From NCBI GenBank assembly GCA_963674865.2, contig CAXXYE010000009.1, positions 416,001 to 480,000 on the forward strand: 64,000 nucleotides of DNA, given 5' to 3'. Below the pieces are notes generated by a model. That model saw only the letters and a program-made list of their open reading frames with translations, had not been told where the DNA came from and ran no database searches. Below are positions 54,947 through 64,000 of the stretch, piece by piece (the stretch's first letter is position 1; the number at the start of each line of letters is the position of its first letter). This DNA is from Candidatus Hydrogenedentota bacterium. Lineage in GTDB: Bacteria; Hydrogenedentota; Hydrogenedentia; Hydrogenedentales; SLHB01. Both the position numbers and the translations under genes were made by a program.

Positions 54947-56320
54947 ATGCCAGCCATTTCACCGTTTATAGAGAAGACCTTCTCCTGTCCCGTGTGCGAT
55001 GCGCGCGGCAAGCATCGTCTGTTGCGGGAGCGGATCTTCGTCGCGGAGGACCGCGAGTCGGATCAGCACATCACGCAGTATCGCTGGCTCCGGGAGGTGA
55101 CGCAGCAGGCGCATCCGCCGTATTTCTTCTTGCTCTATTGCCCGGAGTGTCTCTATGCGGACACGGCCGAGGACTTCGCCGCGCCGAACAAGAACACGTT
55201 TCTGCCTTTGTTGACGCGTGCGTTGCGGAACGCGGGCGAGAAGGAGCTACTCGTCATCCAGCTTCTCGGCGCTCAGGTGAAGGGCCGGCGCGCCGATTTC
55301 GAGACAAACCTCGCCTTACACCTGCTCGCCGTCTATCAACACAGCCTTCCCAAGAAAGATTTTCAGGACGCCTACAAAATCGGGCGCTTGCTGTTGCGAA
55401 CGGCCTGGCTCTATAGAGAACAGGGGGCGAGCGGGGCGCAGGAGCTTCACGTTGCCTTGCGGGAGGACGCGGCGCGGCCGGAGCGCGCGATCGCGACGCT
55501 GCTCGAGCAGGTGGATGTTCTCAAGACGGCCCTGGATCAATTGGCGGAAAAATGGGACGCGTTCGGCGCCCATCTCAAAGTTTGCCAGGATGAGAAGGAG
55601 AACACGGGCGGCGGGTCGGTGGAGGACGTTTTCGCGGAACGCCAGAAGAATATTGAACCTCTACTGAGTTCGATGGGCGATGAGATATCCCGGTTGCGAA
55701 TCGCGTGTAAACAGGAACTCGCCGCGGCCGTCAAGCCGGAGCTAGCGAAGGCGGAACGCCCGGCTCGCTCTGAGAGTGATTTGCAGGCTTTCTTCGAGAA
55801 GGTGCAGGCCTTGTGGCCGTCGGTGCCGACGGACGAAGGAGAGGCCATGCGCATGGCGATCCCGTTCTTCCAGCGGACGCTGTCGAGCGATCCCCGCATC
55901 GACAGCGCCCAGGCACAGTTCTCCCTGGTGTCGCTGATCACGGATCTGCTGATTCGGTGTGACGACTTGGACAAGGCGTTCGTGATGGTACGGGAGATGT
56001 ACAAGAGCGCGGCGACGGCGCGTCAGTCTTGCCTCGAAAAACTGCGCGATCCCAATCTTGACGCCGCCGCGCGGCGGCGGTTCGAGGCCCGCGGCAATCG
56101 GGCGGGGGAATCGCTCGAGCAGGCGTCCGAACTCCGGTATCAGCTTATCGATTTGCTCATCGAGCGCAATAGGCCGACGATCGACAAGGTGCTGGCGGAG
56201 CATCGCGGCGCCGCGAGGGAGGTCCTGGAGAAGGCGCTGCTTGAACGGGGTGTCCCGCCGGGTATTCTGCCGCGGTTGTTGGAAGAAGGCGGGTCTCTAA
56301 GCAAGGGCAAGAAGCGTTGA
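54947..56320 (+). CDS. DUF2225-like protein (Zn-binding N-terminus, helical/TPR-like body, coiled-coil insertion)
   Basis: SPFIEKTFSCPVC...DRESD...YCPECLYA...LRTAWLYRE pattern. Confidence 0.75.
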   Translation: MPAISPFIEKTFSCPVCDARGKHRLLRERIFVAEDRESDQHITQYRWLREVTQQAHPPYFFLLYCPECLYADTAEDFAAPNKNTFLPLLTRALRNAGEKELLVIQLLGAQVKGRRADFETNLALHLLAVYQHSLPKKDFQDAYKIGRLLLRTAWLYREQGASGAQELHVALREDAARPERAIATLLEQVDVLKTALDQLAEKWDAFGAHLKVCQDEKENTGGGSVEDVFAERQKNIEPLLSSMGDEISRLRIACKQELAAAVKPELAKAERPARSESDLQAFFEKVQALWPSVPTDEGEAMRMAIPFFQRTLSSDPRIDSAQAQFSLVSLITDLLIRCDDLDKAFVMVREMYKSAATARQSCLEKLRDPNLDAAARRRFEARGNRAGESLEQASELRYQLIDLLIERNRPTIDKVLAEHRGAAREVLEKALLERGVPPGILPRLLEEGGSLSKGKKR

Positions 56321-56398
56321 GGGGCCGCGCCCAGAGAAGCGCGCGGCCTTTTGGCGCTCTGGGCAGGCATATGAAATGGGAAAGGAAGTACTGAGAAC

Positions 56399-57085
56399 GT
56401 GACGCTTATCCTATTTGACATCGATGGTACTCTTACGGCAACGGGAGATGCGGATCTGCAGTGCTACGCGTCCGCTTTTCAGAAGGTTTTTGGGGCGCCT
56501 TTGCCTCATGCGGACTGGAATGCGTACAAGCATGTGACGGACTCGGGCGTCATCGGCGAGGCCCTGGAGCAGATCCGGGGGAGTTTTGTTACCGAGGAAG
56601 AGCTGACTGGTTTTGAGGAGGTGTTCCTGGCGGAGGTGGAGGCGGCCTATGCGGCCGATCCGTCGGCCTTTGTGGAGGTTCCCGGCGCCAAGGCGGTTCT
56701 CGATGTAATCGAGCAAACGGACGGGCTTGCCGCAGGGCTGGCCACGGGAGGCATGCGGGCGACGGCGCTTTTCAAGTTGGCCAAGATCGGCGTGGATGGA
56801 ACACGCTTGCCCGCGGGATTCGCCAATGATTCCATCTACCGTGAGGAGATCGCCCGGCGCGCCATCGCACTTGCGGACGGCGTCCCAGGCGACGTGGTCT
56901 ACGTGGGCGACGGCACATGGGACGTCCGAACCGCCCGGGCCGTCGGCATGCGGTTTATCGGGATCACGGAGGAATCCTGTCCGGAGCGGCTTCGTAAGGC
57001 AGGCGCCTCCGTGTGTCTGAAGGATTACTCCGATCCGGCGGCGTTTTTTGAGGCGGTCAGCGCGGCCGAGATTCCCGCGGCGTAG
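56399..57085 (+). CDS. HAD-family hydrolase
   Basis: LFDIDGTL, ATGG, YVGDGTWD. Confidence 0.9.
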   Translation: MTLILFDIDGTLTATGDADLQCYASAFQKVFGAPLPHADWNAYKHVTDSGVIGEALEQIRGSFVTEEELTGFEEVFLAEVEAAYAADPSAFVEVPGAKAVLDVIEQTDGLAAGLATGGMRATALFKLAKIGVDGTRLPAGFANDSIYREEIARRAIALADGVPGDVVYVGDGTWDVRTARAVGMRFIGITEESCPERLRKAGASVCLKDYSDPAAFFEAVSAAEIPAA

Positions 57086-57230
57086 TCCGATGGCCGGGTT
57101 GCCGACTACAGCGCGTAGTGGCTTGTGGGCGTCTTTGAGGGCAATCTGGTACACTGTAAGTAGTGAGTAAACCTTGCCGGAAGTGCATGGTTTGAATCGC
57201 AGCGAGTTAACGCAGGAGCCTAAGGGCAAG

Positions 57231-58175
57231 ATGTGCACAAAACGACGTGCTCAAAGTGGGTTGACGCTGATCGAGGTGCTTGTCGTCATTGCGATCATCG
57301 GAATTTTGGCGGCTCTGCTGCTCCCGACGCTGGGGCGGGTGCGAGAAGCGGCGAATCGGGCGACATGCGCCAGCAACCTGAAGCAGATAGGTATCGCCTT
57401 CAAGATGTATGCGGGCGAAAACCACGGGAAGTTTCCTCAGCGGCAGGTGTGGAATGTCCACCGAAAGCTCTCGGATACGATGATCTTCCACGGGCCGGCC
57501 ATGTCCCCGGGCTATCTCGACGACCTCAGGGTGGTATGGTGCCCGTCGTGGGTGGGGAGCACCATGCCGACGCCGCTGGCGCGGTATGACGAGGGTGTCC
57601 GCGCTAACGGTACGCCCGTCGGCAACTTCAACGGGCGGATCGATCCAGAGGAGTTGCTCAAGTCGCCCTATAACTACACGGGTTGGTTGTTTCTGAAGAC
57701 GGAGAACTTTCTCGGCCCGAAGAGCGGAACGCTCGGCTCGGGCCCCGGCGGGCGCTTCGAGGAGACCGACTACAAAGACACGCCGCTCGGAGAGCTGGCC
57801 GAGGCCAATGTGGCTAGCGGGGGCGCCGCCTCGGACTGGGATTTCAGGGTTTCGAGTAAGTTTTCCGGCACTCAGGCGGGTGGCGGCGACATCATCTACC
57901 GGCTGCGGGAAGGCGTGGGGCGGTTTTTGGTCACGGATGTGAATAATCCCGCCTCCCGCGAGGGAGCTGAAACGATGATTCCCGTCATGTGGGATCATCT
58001 GACGCCACAAGTCATCGGCTCGTGCCACGTTCCCGCGGGCATGAACGTGCTTTACCTCGACGGGCACGTCCAATGGAGCAGCTATCCGTCCGACAAGCCG
58101 TGGGTGGCTACCGTCGAAGGCCCGCGTGTGATGGGACGCTACGATCGGCCGTTCAACGGTTATCCGAAGAGCTGA
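57231..58175 (+). CDS. Prepilin-type N-terminal cleavage/methylation protein, DUF1559 / H-X9-DG family
   Basis: [41 protein letters not shown]-terminal H...[10 protein letters not shown]. Confidence 0.92.
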   Translation: MCTKRRAQSGLTLIEVLVVIAIIGILAALLLPTLGRVREAANRATCASNLKQIGIAFKMYAGENHGKFPQRQVWNVHRKLSDTMIFHGPAMSPGYLDDLRVVWCPSWVGSTMPTPLARYDEGVRANGTPVGNFNGRIDPEELLKSPYNYTGWLFLKTENFLGPKSGTLGSGPGGRFEETDYKDTPLGELAEANVASGGAASDWDFRVSSKFSGTQAGGGDIIYRLREGVGRFLVTDVNNPASREGAETMIPVMWDHLTPQVIGSCHVPAGMNVLYLDGHVQWSSYPSDKPWVATVEGPRVMGRYDRPFNGYPKS

Positions 58176-58266
58176 ACGGGCCTTCCTGAGGGAAGGCTGG
58201 ATGTAAAGGTGTGCGTTTTTTGCCGCGCCGGGTTCCTTCTTTGCGCGGCGCTAAGGGGAATACGGT

Positions 58267-61212
58267 ATGTCCGGGGTGATCTATTCTCTTGATGGGGGAG
58301 GTTGGCGTATCGCGGCGGATCCGGCCAACGGGGGGCGGGAGCAGGCCTGGTGGCACGAGCCTGTTGCGAACTCCGTTCCCGTTCGGGTCCCGGGCATCAT
58401 CCAGGAGTCGCTGCCAGGGTATCACGGAGTGGCATGGTACTGGCGGGACTTCGATGTCGCTCCGCATCCCTATCCGGATGGGCGATACCTCCTGCGGTTC
58501 TGGGCCGTGGACTACGCGGCTGATGTCTGGGTCAACGGGGTCCACGTGGGCGCGCACGAGGGCGGCGAAACGCCGTTCGTTCTCGACGCGACGCAAGCCG
58601 TCCGGCCCGGAGAGGCCAACCGCATGTCCATCCGTGTGCTGAATCCCACGGAAGAATCCATCGACGGTTTTGTTCTCAAGGAAATCCCGCACCGCAACAA
58701 GACGGCCGTGCTCAAGGCCGGCAGCACGTACAACTTCGGCGGGATCATCGAGCCGGTTGAGATGGTGCTGGCCCCGCCGGTGCGCATCGAGGACATCTTC
58801 GTCCGCGCGGATTGGCAAACCGGCCGGGTCAACGTCCAGGTGGCGGTGGACAACCACTGCGCACAAAGCAGGCGAGGTAGCCTGACGTTTGCCATTGGGC
58901 CTGACAACCGCGCGGAATGCGTAGCGGCCAGCGAAACCGAGCGTGCGTTTCCGAGCGGCGTCACACGTCTTGAGGCCGCTCTCCAGGTAGACAACCACCG
59001 TCTGTGGGAGCTTGACGATCCCTTCTTGTATCGCCTGACAGTGTGCCTACAGTCCGATGACGGGGCGTTTGACGATGCGGGATCCGCGCGGTTCGGCTTC
59101 CGTGACTTCCGGGTCGAACGGGGCTACTTCCGCCTCAATGGGCGGCGTGTCTTTCTTCGGAGTTCCCACACCGGCAATCACTGTCCCGTGGGCCAGGTGC
59201 TTGCCCCGTCCGAGGCGCCCGATCTGCTGCGCAAGGACTTGCTCTATGCCAAGGCCAGCGGATTCAACATGATCCGGTTCATCGCGGGCATGGCCCATCC
59301 CTGGCAGCTCGACCTTTGCGATGAACTCGGCCTGATGGTTTACGAAGAGACGCTCGCCGGGTGGGAACTCGGCGACTCGCCCAAGATGGTGGAGCGTTAC
59401 GATCACTCGACCGCCGGGATGATCCTACGCGATAGGAATCATCCTTGCGTCACCATTTGGGGGCTGTTGAATGAAACGAAGGAGGGGCCGGTCTTCCGGC
59501 ACGCCGTTGAGGCCCTTTCATTGGTTCGTTCTTTGGATGATACGCGCCTGACGCTTCTTGGCAGCGGCCGTTGGGACGGGCAACTCTCCATCGGCAGCGT
59601 CAGCAATCCCGGCAGTGCCGTCTGGGAACATACATGGGGAGAAGAGGACCCCGATCACCCGGGTGTGCAGGCGCCGCAGAGCCTTCCTTTCGGCGGATAC
59701 ACGCCGGGCGCCGGCGACGTGCATGCCTATCCACAGGTGCCGCAGACGCGGGCCATCGAGGACGGCATCCGCACCTTGGGCCGCGGCACGAAACCGGTGT
59801 TTCTCTCCGAATATGGCATCGGCAGCTTGTGCGACGTTATCAGAGAGCTGGGGGGATATGAGCAGCGGGGGATAAACCCCGCGTTGGATGACGTAGCCTA
59901 CTTCCGCTTGAACGCGGACAAGTTCCGCGCCGACTGGGAGCGGTTCTGCATGGACGGCGTCTATCCGTTTCCGGAGGACATGCTCCGAGAGAGCCAGCGT
60001 TTGCACTGTAGGCAGCGTCTGCTTGGCTTCGATCTCATCCGCTCCAATCCGATGATCTGCGGCTTCAACCTCACGGGCCTGCTGGATCACGGGTTCTCCG
60101 GCGAGGGGCTTTGGACTTTCTGGCGCGAATGGAAGCCGGGGATTGTCGACGCTCTCAAGGATGGTTGGGCGCCCCTGCGTTGGTGCCTCTTCGTGAGGCC
60201 GTTGCACGGCTACATCGGTGAGCGCTTTCGTCTAGAAGCGGTTCTCGCCAATGAAGACGTGCTCGCGCCCGGGGAGTATCCCGTCGTGCTGCGCATCGTG
60301 GGAGCTGCCGGCGTGGCATGGGAACACGAGGGGTGCGTACAAGTGCCCCGGCCAGATAGCGGGGAAGACGTGCCGTTCGCGTTGCCGATATTCGACGGTG
60401 AAGTGGTCGTGGATGGCCCGCCGGGGCCGTACCAGTTCGCCGCGCAGATGGCTCGCGGCGGCGTACCGGCCGGCGGCCGCCTCCAATTCCACCTGTCCGA
60501 TCCGTCGGCGTTACCGACGTTGAATCAGGCCGTCAAGGTGTGGGGCATTGGCCAAGTTGTCCAGGATTGGCTCGCGCGCCATGGGGTCGATTGCGCGCCT
60601 TTCGAGAAGGCGGCCTTGGCCAAGCGCGAGGTGGTGCTGGTAGGCGATCTGTCCGAGCTTCCGCAGGATCCCGCGGCGCGACTGGAATTGGTGGAGCATG
60701 TGGCGCGTGGCGGCGTGGCTGTCTTCCTGTCTCCCGGCGCCTTCAAGCGCGGGGAAGATGACGCTCTGGGCTGGCTGCCGGTGGCGAACAAGGGGAGCGG
60801 AAAGGAGTTCTCCGACTGGCTCTACCACAAGGAGTGCGTGGCGAAGCCGCATCCCATCTTCGAGGGTCTTCCGGTACGGATCATGGACTGGGACTACTAC
60901 GGCCCCGTCATCTCGCGTTACTTCTTTGAGGGACAGGATACGCCCGACGAAACGGTTGTTGCCGCATTTGCCGTGGGACATCCCAATGCGCCGGGCGGTT
61001 GCACGTCCGGGGTTCTGATGGGGATCTACCGTTTGGGTGAAGGACAGTTCGTGATCAACAGCCTGAAGGTGCTTGAGCATGTCGGGCGCCACCCCGCGGC
61101 CGATCGGCTACTGCTCAACCTCATTCGTCATGCGGCCCGGGTTGCAGGCGGGCCGCTCGCCGGCCTACCTCCCGATTTCGATCAGCATCTTGCCGCCATC
61201 GAATACCGATGA
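58267..61212 (+). CDS. Glycoside hydrolase family 2-like protein
   Basis: VAWYWRDF, AVDY...VWVNG...HEGGETPF, FGFR, CDELGL, RDRNHPCVTIWGLLNE, LSEYG. Confidence 0.9.
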   Translation: MSGVIYSLDGGGWRIAADPANGGREQAWWHEPVANSVPVRVPGIIQESLPGYHGVAWYWRDFDVAPHPYPDGRYLLRFWAVDYAADVWVNGVHVGAHEGGETPFVLDATQAVRPGEANRMSIRVLNPTEESIDGFVLKEIPHRNKTAVLKAGSTYNFGGIIEPVEMVLAPPVRIEDIFVRADWQTGRVNVQVAVDNHCAQSRRGSLTFAIGPDNRAECVAASETERAFPSGVTRLEAALQVDNHRLWELDDPFLYRLTVCLQSDDGAFDDAGSARFGFRDFRVERGYFRLNGRRVFLRSSHTGNHCPVGQVLAPSEAPDLLRKDLLYAKASGFNMIRFIAGMAHPWQLDLCDELGLMVYEETLAGWELGDSPKMVERYDHSTAGMILRDRNHPCVTIWGLLNETKEGPVFRHAVEALSLVRSLDDTRLTLLGSGRWDGQLSIGSVSNPGSAVWEHTWGEEDPDHPGVQAPQSLPFGGYTPGAGDVHAYPQVPQTRAIEDGIRTLGRGTKPVFLSEYGIGSLCDVIRELGGYEQRGINPALDDVAYFRLNADKFRADWERFCMDGVYPFPEDMLRESQRLHCRQRLLGFDLIRSNPMICGFNLTGLLDHGFSGEGLWTFWREWKPGIVDALKDGWAPLRWCLFVRPLHGYIGERFRLEAVLANEDVLAPGEYPVVLRIVGAAGVAWEHEGCVQVPRPDSGEDVPFALPIFDGEVVVDGPPGPYQFAAQMARGGVPAGGRLQFHLSDPSALPTLNQAVKVWGIGQVVQDWLARHGVDCAPFEKAALAKREVVLVGDLSELPQDPAARLELVEHVARGGVAVFLSPGAFKRGEDDALGWLPVANKGSGKEFSDWLYHKECVAKPHPIFEGLPVRIMDWDYYGPVISRYFFEGQDTPDETVVAAFAVGHPNAPGGCTSGVLMGIYRLGEGQFVINSLKVLEHVGRHPAADRLLLNLIRHAARVAGGPLAGLPPDFDQHLAAIEYR

Positions 61213-61435
61213 GGCCCACTAGCTACGGGCCTCGCAGGGCCGAGTAGATCACATCGGGTTGTTTGCGGCCCGCTCTTCTTACCTATTGTCCAGCGGGAAC
61301 GGATTTGGTGGCAGCAAGGCCGTCGAGGGGGCATGAGACACTGTGGCGGATTGGCTAACGACAGGTTTGTGAGATGAAGCGCCCGATCCGCGCAACTTGC
61401 GTGCAGTTTCGCTATGCGGCTGTGAGAGAAGCGGG

Positions 61436-62104
61436 CTATTCCAGCCGAAGATTCCCGGATTCGAGGCGGAATTCCACGTTGGGCCGGATAATCTCGACGG
61501 GATGATGGGTGACAATGAGAACCGTCGCGCCTTGTTGGTGGCGGTTGTCCAAAGCCTGAAGCACGCACGCGGCGCTCTCGGGGTCGAGATTGCCCGTGGG
61601 CTCATCGGCCAGAATGACCTCGGGATTGTTCAGTAGTGCGCGGGCGAGGGCGCAGCGCTGGCGCTCGCCGACGGAAAGCTCCGGGGGGTAATGGCCCAGT
61701 CTGCGCGCCAGTCCGAGGGAATCGAGGAGGGCCTGCGCCGTCTCGCGGGGAGCGTCTCCGGCGGCGCGCCGGTCGGCAAGCGTGGGCAGCAGCACATTCT
61801 CAAGGGCCGTCAGGTACGGCACCAGGTGAAACATCTGGAAGACTACCGCCACCTTGCCGGCGCGGAGGGCTGCCCGGCGTCCCGGTGATAAGTCGTCGAT
61901 GCGCTGTCCGGCGATGGTGACGACGCCTTCGCTGGGCCGTGACAGGCCGGAGGCGACGTTTACCAGCGTGGTCTTTCCGCTGCCCGAGGGCCCTCGGACG
62001 AGAGCCATGGCTCCCGCGGGGACTTCCATGTTCACGTTATCCAGGGCGCGGATGGTTTCATCGCGCTTTCGAAACAGTTTGCTGACGTTCTCCAAACGGA
62101 TCAT
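61436..62104 (-). CDS. ABC transporter ATP-binding protein (LolD/MacB type)
   Basis: GPSGSGKT, LSVGERQR, LADEPTGNLD, VTH. Confidence 0.93.
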   Translation of the reverse strand: MIRLENVSKLFRKRDETIRALDNVNMEVPAGAMALVRGPSGSGKTTLVNVASGLSRPSEGVVTIAGQRIDDLSPGRRAALRAGKVAVVFQMFHLVPYLTALENVLLPTLADRRAAGDAPRETAQALLDSLGLARRLGHYPPELSVGERQRCALARALLNNPEVILADEPTGNLDPESAACVLQALDNRHQQGATVLIVTHHPVEIIRPNVEFRLESGNLRLE

Positions 62105-63258
62105 TATGCGCCATCCTGTATCACGTCCGCCGGGTCTTGGAGCAGCCCGCCCAGGACGGGCGGCAGGGCGAAGGCCGCCGCAATGAAGGGGGTTACGAAT
62201 AGGAGTGTGACGGCAAGTGCCTTGGGCGGCGACACCGGGAACTCAATGATCGAAGCGTGGGCCGCCACCGTGTAGCCGAGGGCGCAGCCCGCGGCGGCGC
62301 CGGCCAGGCTGTACACAAGGGTCTTGCCGACAAAAATCAGCGCGATCCGCCAGTCGGCTATGCCCAAAGCCCGCAGGACGCCTATCTCCTGGCGGCGATT
62401 GTGGACATTCTGGTAGGTGAGGCCCCATATGGCTGTTGCGGAGCCGGCCATGACAATGGCAAGCGCTATCAGTTCAAGGCGCGCTATGAATAGCCGCTGT
62501 TTCTGCCGCGCCAGAAGGATGGATTGATACGGGCGGACATCGACGTCGGGCAAGGTTTCGGTGATGCTTTTCTGCAACGCGGCGATAACGTCATCCACCA
62601 CGCCTTGGCAATGACAAGCCAAGGCGTCGACGGCGTTGATGCGGCCGGGTCGTCCTACCAGTTCCTGCACGTCATGAAGGTGAGCGAAAATGCGAATGTC
62701 CTCTGGGGGCGCGCCGACTTCATCCAGTACGCGGCCCACAGGAAAGCGCTTGCCGAGGATGTCAACCGAGTCGCCGGCGGCGACGCCGAGGGCGGGGGCC
62801 AATGCCGCGCCGAGGTAGACGGTTCCGCGCGGAACGTCATAGGCGGTAGGCATGGGCGTTTTCCTGGTGCCGGTCCGCGGTACTTCGGCGAGCACGCCGG
62901 TCAATACGGCGACATTGCCATCGAGCTGCACGGTCTTCTGATACTTCCCAACGAAGTGCTGGGCCAGAATCGCGCCGTTTTCGGCGAGGCGCTGGACGTA
63001 TTCTTCGGGCATGTCTTTGTCTTGGAAGTTCAACGCTTGGTACTGCGCTACATCGACGCCTTCGGGCGTGATGAGCAGGTTAAAGCCCATGCGCTTCATC
63101 ATGATGCGGGTGGCGTTGACGGAGGCCCGGGTGACGGAAACCATGCCGATGAGCAGGCCTGTCGCCAAGAGCACGACCGCGAAGCAAAGCGCCGTGTTGA
63201 TCTTGGCGCGCTGCATTTCGCGCATGATCAGGCGTGCCATGGATAGGCCGCGCGTCAT
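62104..63258 (-). CDS. FtsX/MacB-type ABC permease
   Basis: TM1, a large extracytoplasmic domain, then RRQEIGVLRALG and 3 TM helices. ATG at 63258 overlaps the upstream TGA. Confidence 0.88.
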   Translation of the reverse strand: MTRGLSMARLIMREMQRAKINTALCFAVVLLATGLLIGMVSVTRASVNATRIMMKRMGFNLLITPEGVDVAQYQALNFQDKDMPEEYVQRLAENGAILAQHFVGKYQKTVQLDGNVAVLTGVLAEVPRTGTRKTPMPTAYDVPRGTVYLGAALAPALGVAAGDSVDILGKRFPVGRVLDEVGAPPEDIRIFAHLHDVQELVGRPGRINAVDALACHCQGVVDDVIAALQKSITETLPDVDVRPYQSILLARQKQRLFIARLELIALAIVMAGSATAIWGLTYQNVHNRRQEIGVLRALGIADWRIALIFVGKTLVYSLAGAAAGCALGYTVAAHASIIEFPVSPPKALAVTLLFVTPFIAAAFALPPVLGGLLQDPADVIQDGA

Positions 63259-63998
63259 CGGTCCTCCTGATTCCGGCCCGTCTTGGGGCCCCGCACGTAT
63301 AGCGTGAGCGATACTAGGGCGATCGTAGCGGCCACGGCGGCGAGGGTCAACAACGCCACCTGCGTCAGGGGCACATCGGCGCTTGCCTCGGCATCCATGC
63401 CCGCCGGGGCCTCGGACACCTCGGTGTTCGGCGCCAGGAGCGACGCGGCCTGAGCGGACCAATCGGGTTTCCAGATCATGGGTATGTCGACCCCGAGCCG
63501 CTCCGGGGATTGAAGACACGTGCAGGCCGTGCGCAGCGCGTCGAGAAGGGCGCTTACGCCGGCCTCGGTGATCTCCGGGCCGATGAGAGGCGGGGCCATC
63601 ATTCTTCCGTTGCCGAAGACGACGCCGGCCCAATCGGCGCCGGCCGGGTCGAGCCCGATAAATGACAGCAGGAGCCTCTCGCGCGGATCATCGCGGGCGA
63701 TGCGCACAATAGAGACGCCCGGGGGATACTCGCTGCTCCACTTCGCGGCGACCACGTCGAGGACCTCCCTCGGCCGGGCATGGTCCTCGGCGCCGGGCAC
63801 GTGGAGTAGGACGGCCCAGCAGTCGAGGACGCCACGGTGGATGGCCTCACGGGCGGGTGAGTGGGCCAACACCGATAACTCGGCGTCCGTGGGGGCGGGG
63901 TCCCAGTGATCGATAATGAATGCACGGCCTGAGGCCGTATCGCAACCGATGAGGGCGGTGACGGGCATTGTCGGCGGGGCTGAGGGAAGGCCGTAATC
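63255..63998 (-). CDS. Hypothetical protein with C-terminal TM anchor and CxC motif, 5'-truncated by window
   Basis: Frame is open to the window end. VVFGNGR...ACTCLQ...GVDIPM...W, then a C-terminal TM helix. Translationally coupled to the permease. Confidence 0.75.
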   Translation of the reverse strand, partial: DYGLPSAPPTMPVTALIGCDTASGRAFIIDHWDPAPTDAELSVLAHSPAREAIHRGVLDCWAVLLHVPGAEDHARPREVLDVVAAKWSSEYPPGVSIVRIARDDPRERLLLSFIGLDPAGADWAGVVFGNGRMMAPPLIGPEITEAGVSALLDALRTACTCLQSPERLGVDIPMIWKPDWSAQAASLLAPNTEVSEAPAGMDAEASADVPLTQVALLTLAAVAATIALVSLTLYVRGPKTGRNQEDR

Positions 63999-64000
63999 GG

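Noticed and set aside
63259..63633. N-terminal extension of the FtsX permease ORF
   Set aside because: It overlaps the upstream gene in another frame. The ATGA coupling at 63255-63258 marks the real start.
1..64000. tRNA, rRNA, intact IS transposase, integrase or prophage genes
   Set aside because: No recognisable cloverleaf, rRNA segment, DDE/HUH/tyrosine recombinase or phage ORF was found by eye. tRNAscan and Rfam runs would be needed to exclude small RNAs.

Overview
GC-rich (about 64% by eye), gene-dense bacterial chromosome segment with about 48 CDS. I saw no rRNA, tRNA, CRISPR array or intact transposase/integrase. Several traits suggest a PVC-like or Candidatus Hydrogenedentota-type organism (inference): a DUF1559-type prepilin, Tat-exported Gfo/Idh/MocA oxidoreductases, a dockerin-tailed peptidase, and UroD-like and CehA/McbA-like proteins. 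Core content: peptide ABC components, tilS-hpt, a miaA paralog, msrB-msrA, pcm, a yhaM-like HD nuclease, a MEMO1/AmmeMemoRadiSam B protein, a hybrid histidine kinase, many sugar-acting enzymes and a MacB/FtsX-type ABC system. Most notable observations: (1) several families of short dispersed repeats and palindromes cluster exactly where accessory-looking genes sit, including two pairs of roughly 100-118 bp direct repeats bracketing genes, a 133-bp tandem array and a palindrome apparently inserted in-frame in a signal peptide; (2) a signal-peptide-bearing PIMT lies next to a polytopic membrane protein whose SAM-fold domain is predicted to face outside the cytoplasm; (3) a CxC-motif FtsX ABC module; (4) a MEMO1 protein with an RRE/PqqD-like N-terminal extension. 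All family calls come from motif recognition, not database searches.
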